Source: Raja brachyura (lineage: Eukaryota). Taken from it: a stretch of DNA of 64,000 nt. Under the pieces are notes generated by a model. It was given only the letters and a program-made list of their open reading frames with translations. It searched no databases and had not been told where the DNA came from. A program made the translations under genes and the position numbers. Numbering within the stretch: position 1 is the first letter of the stretch; every line of letters starts with the position of its first letter. Positions 61,462 through 64,000 of the stretch are shown in pieces. The stretch is from NCBI GenBank assembly GCA_963514005.1, contig OY740811.1, positions 25,792,001-25,856,000 on the forward strand. The letters are read 5' to 3'.

Positions 61462-64000
61462 CTTGCAAAGTGAATATAATAGACATTAGTACAAGACAAA
61501 GAAAGCCTCTGCTTCACAGTGCAGAACCTGCCCAGTCAGCACTGGGGCACAACAATGACTTATACTCTAACAGTGCCCTTAACATTGAGGAACATCACAA
61601 GAAAGATGAATGGGCAAGGGGATTTCAATGGGGATAGGGGGGAAGCAGTCAGCTGCAGAGAACAATTTTTACCCAGAAAAATGGTAGATGTTGAGTCCTA
61701 TGGGGAAGGAAACCTGCTGTCCATAGCAGGTTAGCTCTATCTGTGATTCCACAACCAAAAGGAAATTGGTTGAATTTCTGAGATGGTCTGACAAGTCACT
61801 CAGTTCAAGTGGAAATCAGAAATAGCTACAACAAAAATACCCCATGAATGATGGTAGAGTAGAGGAAGGCATTTGACAAAGACCGCAGGTTGCGTTTGGG
61901 AGCTCCTGGTCTGCGTGGGCATGGATTTAAACATTTGGCTGATGCTTGAAACGCACATTTGTTTGGCAATACTCTTGAGCCCCTATCTGTTCACTCCTGG
62001 TTTCCCATTATTTTGGAGAAGTGCGGTCGAGAGCTGACTAATCCAACATGGGTTGATAATGAATCTCTGCACCATACTTGCATTTCCAAGGACGGCATTT
62101 ACCATTGGCACCATCTGGGCAGATTGGACATTTACACTTGGGGGTCATGATGTAGGGAGGTCCCTGGATTAACAGAAGTGTGCTCGGAGATAGTCTCAGG
62201 ACTGGTGGATAATGCCATGTGTGCTTAACATAGTGAGAATGCAGACAGCAATGTGATTGTACAATAGTGTATGGAGATGGTGAAATATGAACTCAAGTAA
62301 CCTGAAATAAAACGTGTGAGATCAGGAAATTTGTCGCAGAAGAGTAGTTTGGAGATCAAGGATATGGACTACGCAGCCGTGCGATTGATGGGGCTTTGCA
62401 TAAGATATTGACAAACGGCAGCAGGAGATGAGAGATATTAAGAGCTAATCCATCTTAATTCCCACAGTCTGTTCCTCCTGTCGTTCTCTTGCCATCTGCT
62501 TGGCTAATTTGTGAAGCTACTGGAAGAGGGCCAAGCTCAGTGTTCTTTTTCGTCATTATTTCTGTGAATGCTTTCTGCTCAAGGTGGGGGGTGCTGCCCT
62601 TTGTGAATGGAATACTTCCATCACCAATCCCACACGGAATGCTGGAGTGACTCAGCAGGACAGGCAGCATCTCTGGAGAGGAGGAATGGGTGACGTTTTG
62701 TGTCTTCAGTCTGAGGAAGGGTCTCGCCTGAAACGTGACCCATTCCTTCGCTCCAGAAATGCTGCCTGTCCCGCTACTCCAGCAGGTTGCGTGAACCTGC
62801 ATCTGGAGTTCCTTCCTACACCAATCTCTCGCACGAGGTGTACATATTAAGCTTCATGTGCACTCCCAAGTATTCCAAAGATATGTGCAGCACAGATTAG
62901 ATCTGTAATATAAAGTCCTTTCCATTTTTCCCCAACTATGTCCCTCAGGATGTATTTTACATCTCTCATCATCCTCACCGCTTCTGGACCAATTTATTGT
63001 CTGGCAGTCACTGCTTAGTCTCACATTTGTAGACAAGTGAACACATTAATTAAGGGGTAGGATTAGCAACTTTGACTGAAGCCAATGAAGATTGTAAACG
63101 TTTTTGTTATCTGTTGTACAACATGCCACATTGTCTTTTTGTATATCATCAGAATTGAACTAAATCAACATTTTTGGACTACATGCGTAAAGGACCGTGA
63201 GGAAGGGGGCACGGAAGGGGAGAGAACAGGGGGAGGGGTAAATAGTAGTATTTTTAGGTGGACAAAATCATTGAGATTCAGATTATGCATCTGAAATATT
63301 GGCTGTTTCCCTGACACGGCGGATGCTGCCCAATCTACTGAATATTTGAGGCATTTTATGCTTTCTAATTAACGTTTGATATCATGAGCAACTATCCCCA
63401 TCACAATGAAGCATCTGACATCACTCTCTAATAGACATGGGGCAGTGGCTTTTTCAATCCAGAGCTCTTGAGATGGAGGCCCTGTTCTCTGAGCACCTCC
63501 AGCCACACCGACAACAGCACATATTGCTTGGATACTGTCCAGAGCTGGCACATGTCTGGTTATGGGGAGAAGGCAGGAGAATGGGGTTAGGAGGGAGGGT
63601 TCAATCAGCCATGATTGAATGGCGGAGTAGACTTGATAGGCTAAATGGCCTAATTCTGCTCCTATTACTTACGACCTGATGAGCTGACATTAGTGACGTA
63701 CATATCAGTGCAGAGCAGGTGAGCTTTGATACCTGAAGCAATGCAATGTGGCATATCCATTGAACTGTGAGATCAAGCACCCCTTGTGGTGCAAGTAATT
63801 ACAAGAGGCAGATGGGTTGGCGAGTCATAAGACTATGTGAGATAATGTAGTGCGTAATGAATCAGTGTCAATGTCACACCTTTCACTACCTCGAATCACA
63901 GATCGGTACGGCACAGAAACCGGTCCTTTCAGCCCACTATGACGTCTATCTGCACTAACTCCATTTTCTAGCATTAGGCCTGATCTCTCTACATCTTTCC

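Noticed and set aside
61462-64000. Next upstream CAMTA1 exon (first IQ motif, ...VIQRCYRKYKQ)
   Set aside because: No matching coding sequence found in this interval, so it presumably lies beyond the window end.

Overview
This is eukaryotic (vertebrate) genomic DNA. The repeat content (tRNA-headed HE1/V-SINE-type SINEs, CR1, L2 and Rex1 LINEs, Penelope relics) points to a cartilaginous fish, probably a skate or ray (inference). Two minus-strand genes are present. VAMP3/cellubrevin has a complete coding region: 5 exons, 107 aa, split ATG at 12826-12827, and a CpG-island promoter at ~12680-13120. Upstream lies the 3' end of CAMTA1: a 21-nt microexon, a 194-nt IQ exon, a 75-nt exon, a 31-nt frame-switch exon, a dual-frame last exon and a ~5.2 kb 3' UTR. 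CAMTA1 followed by VAMP3 in tandem is the order known from human 1p36. Most ORF-track entries are chance ORFs or repeat fragments. I see no prokaryote-type novel system. The best leads are a candidate extra terminal exon of CAMTA1 (39458-39368); a CTCF core motif written across the 31-nt alternative exon; Penelope-derived palindromes whose consensus centre is a minimal hammerhead ribozyme; a fossil two-ORF PIF/Harbinger transposon plus four MITEs sharing one TIR core; and a ~1.2 kb inversion with a 19-bp inverted duplication that splits an L2 LINE. Comparisons to human proteins and repeat consensi are from recall, not database searches. Repeat boundaries are approximate unless a TIR or TSD is given.
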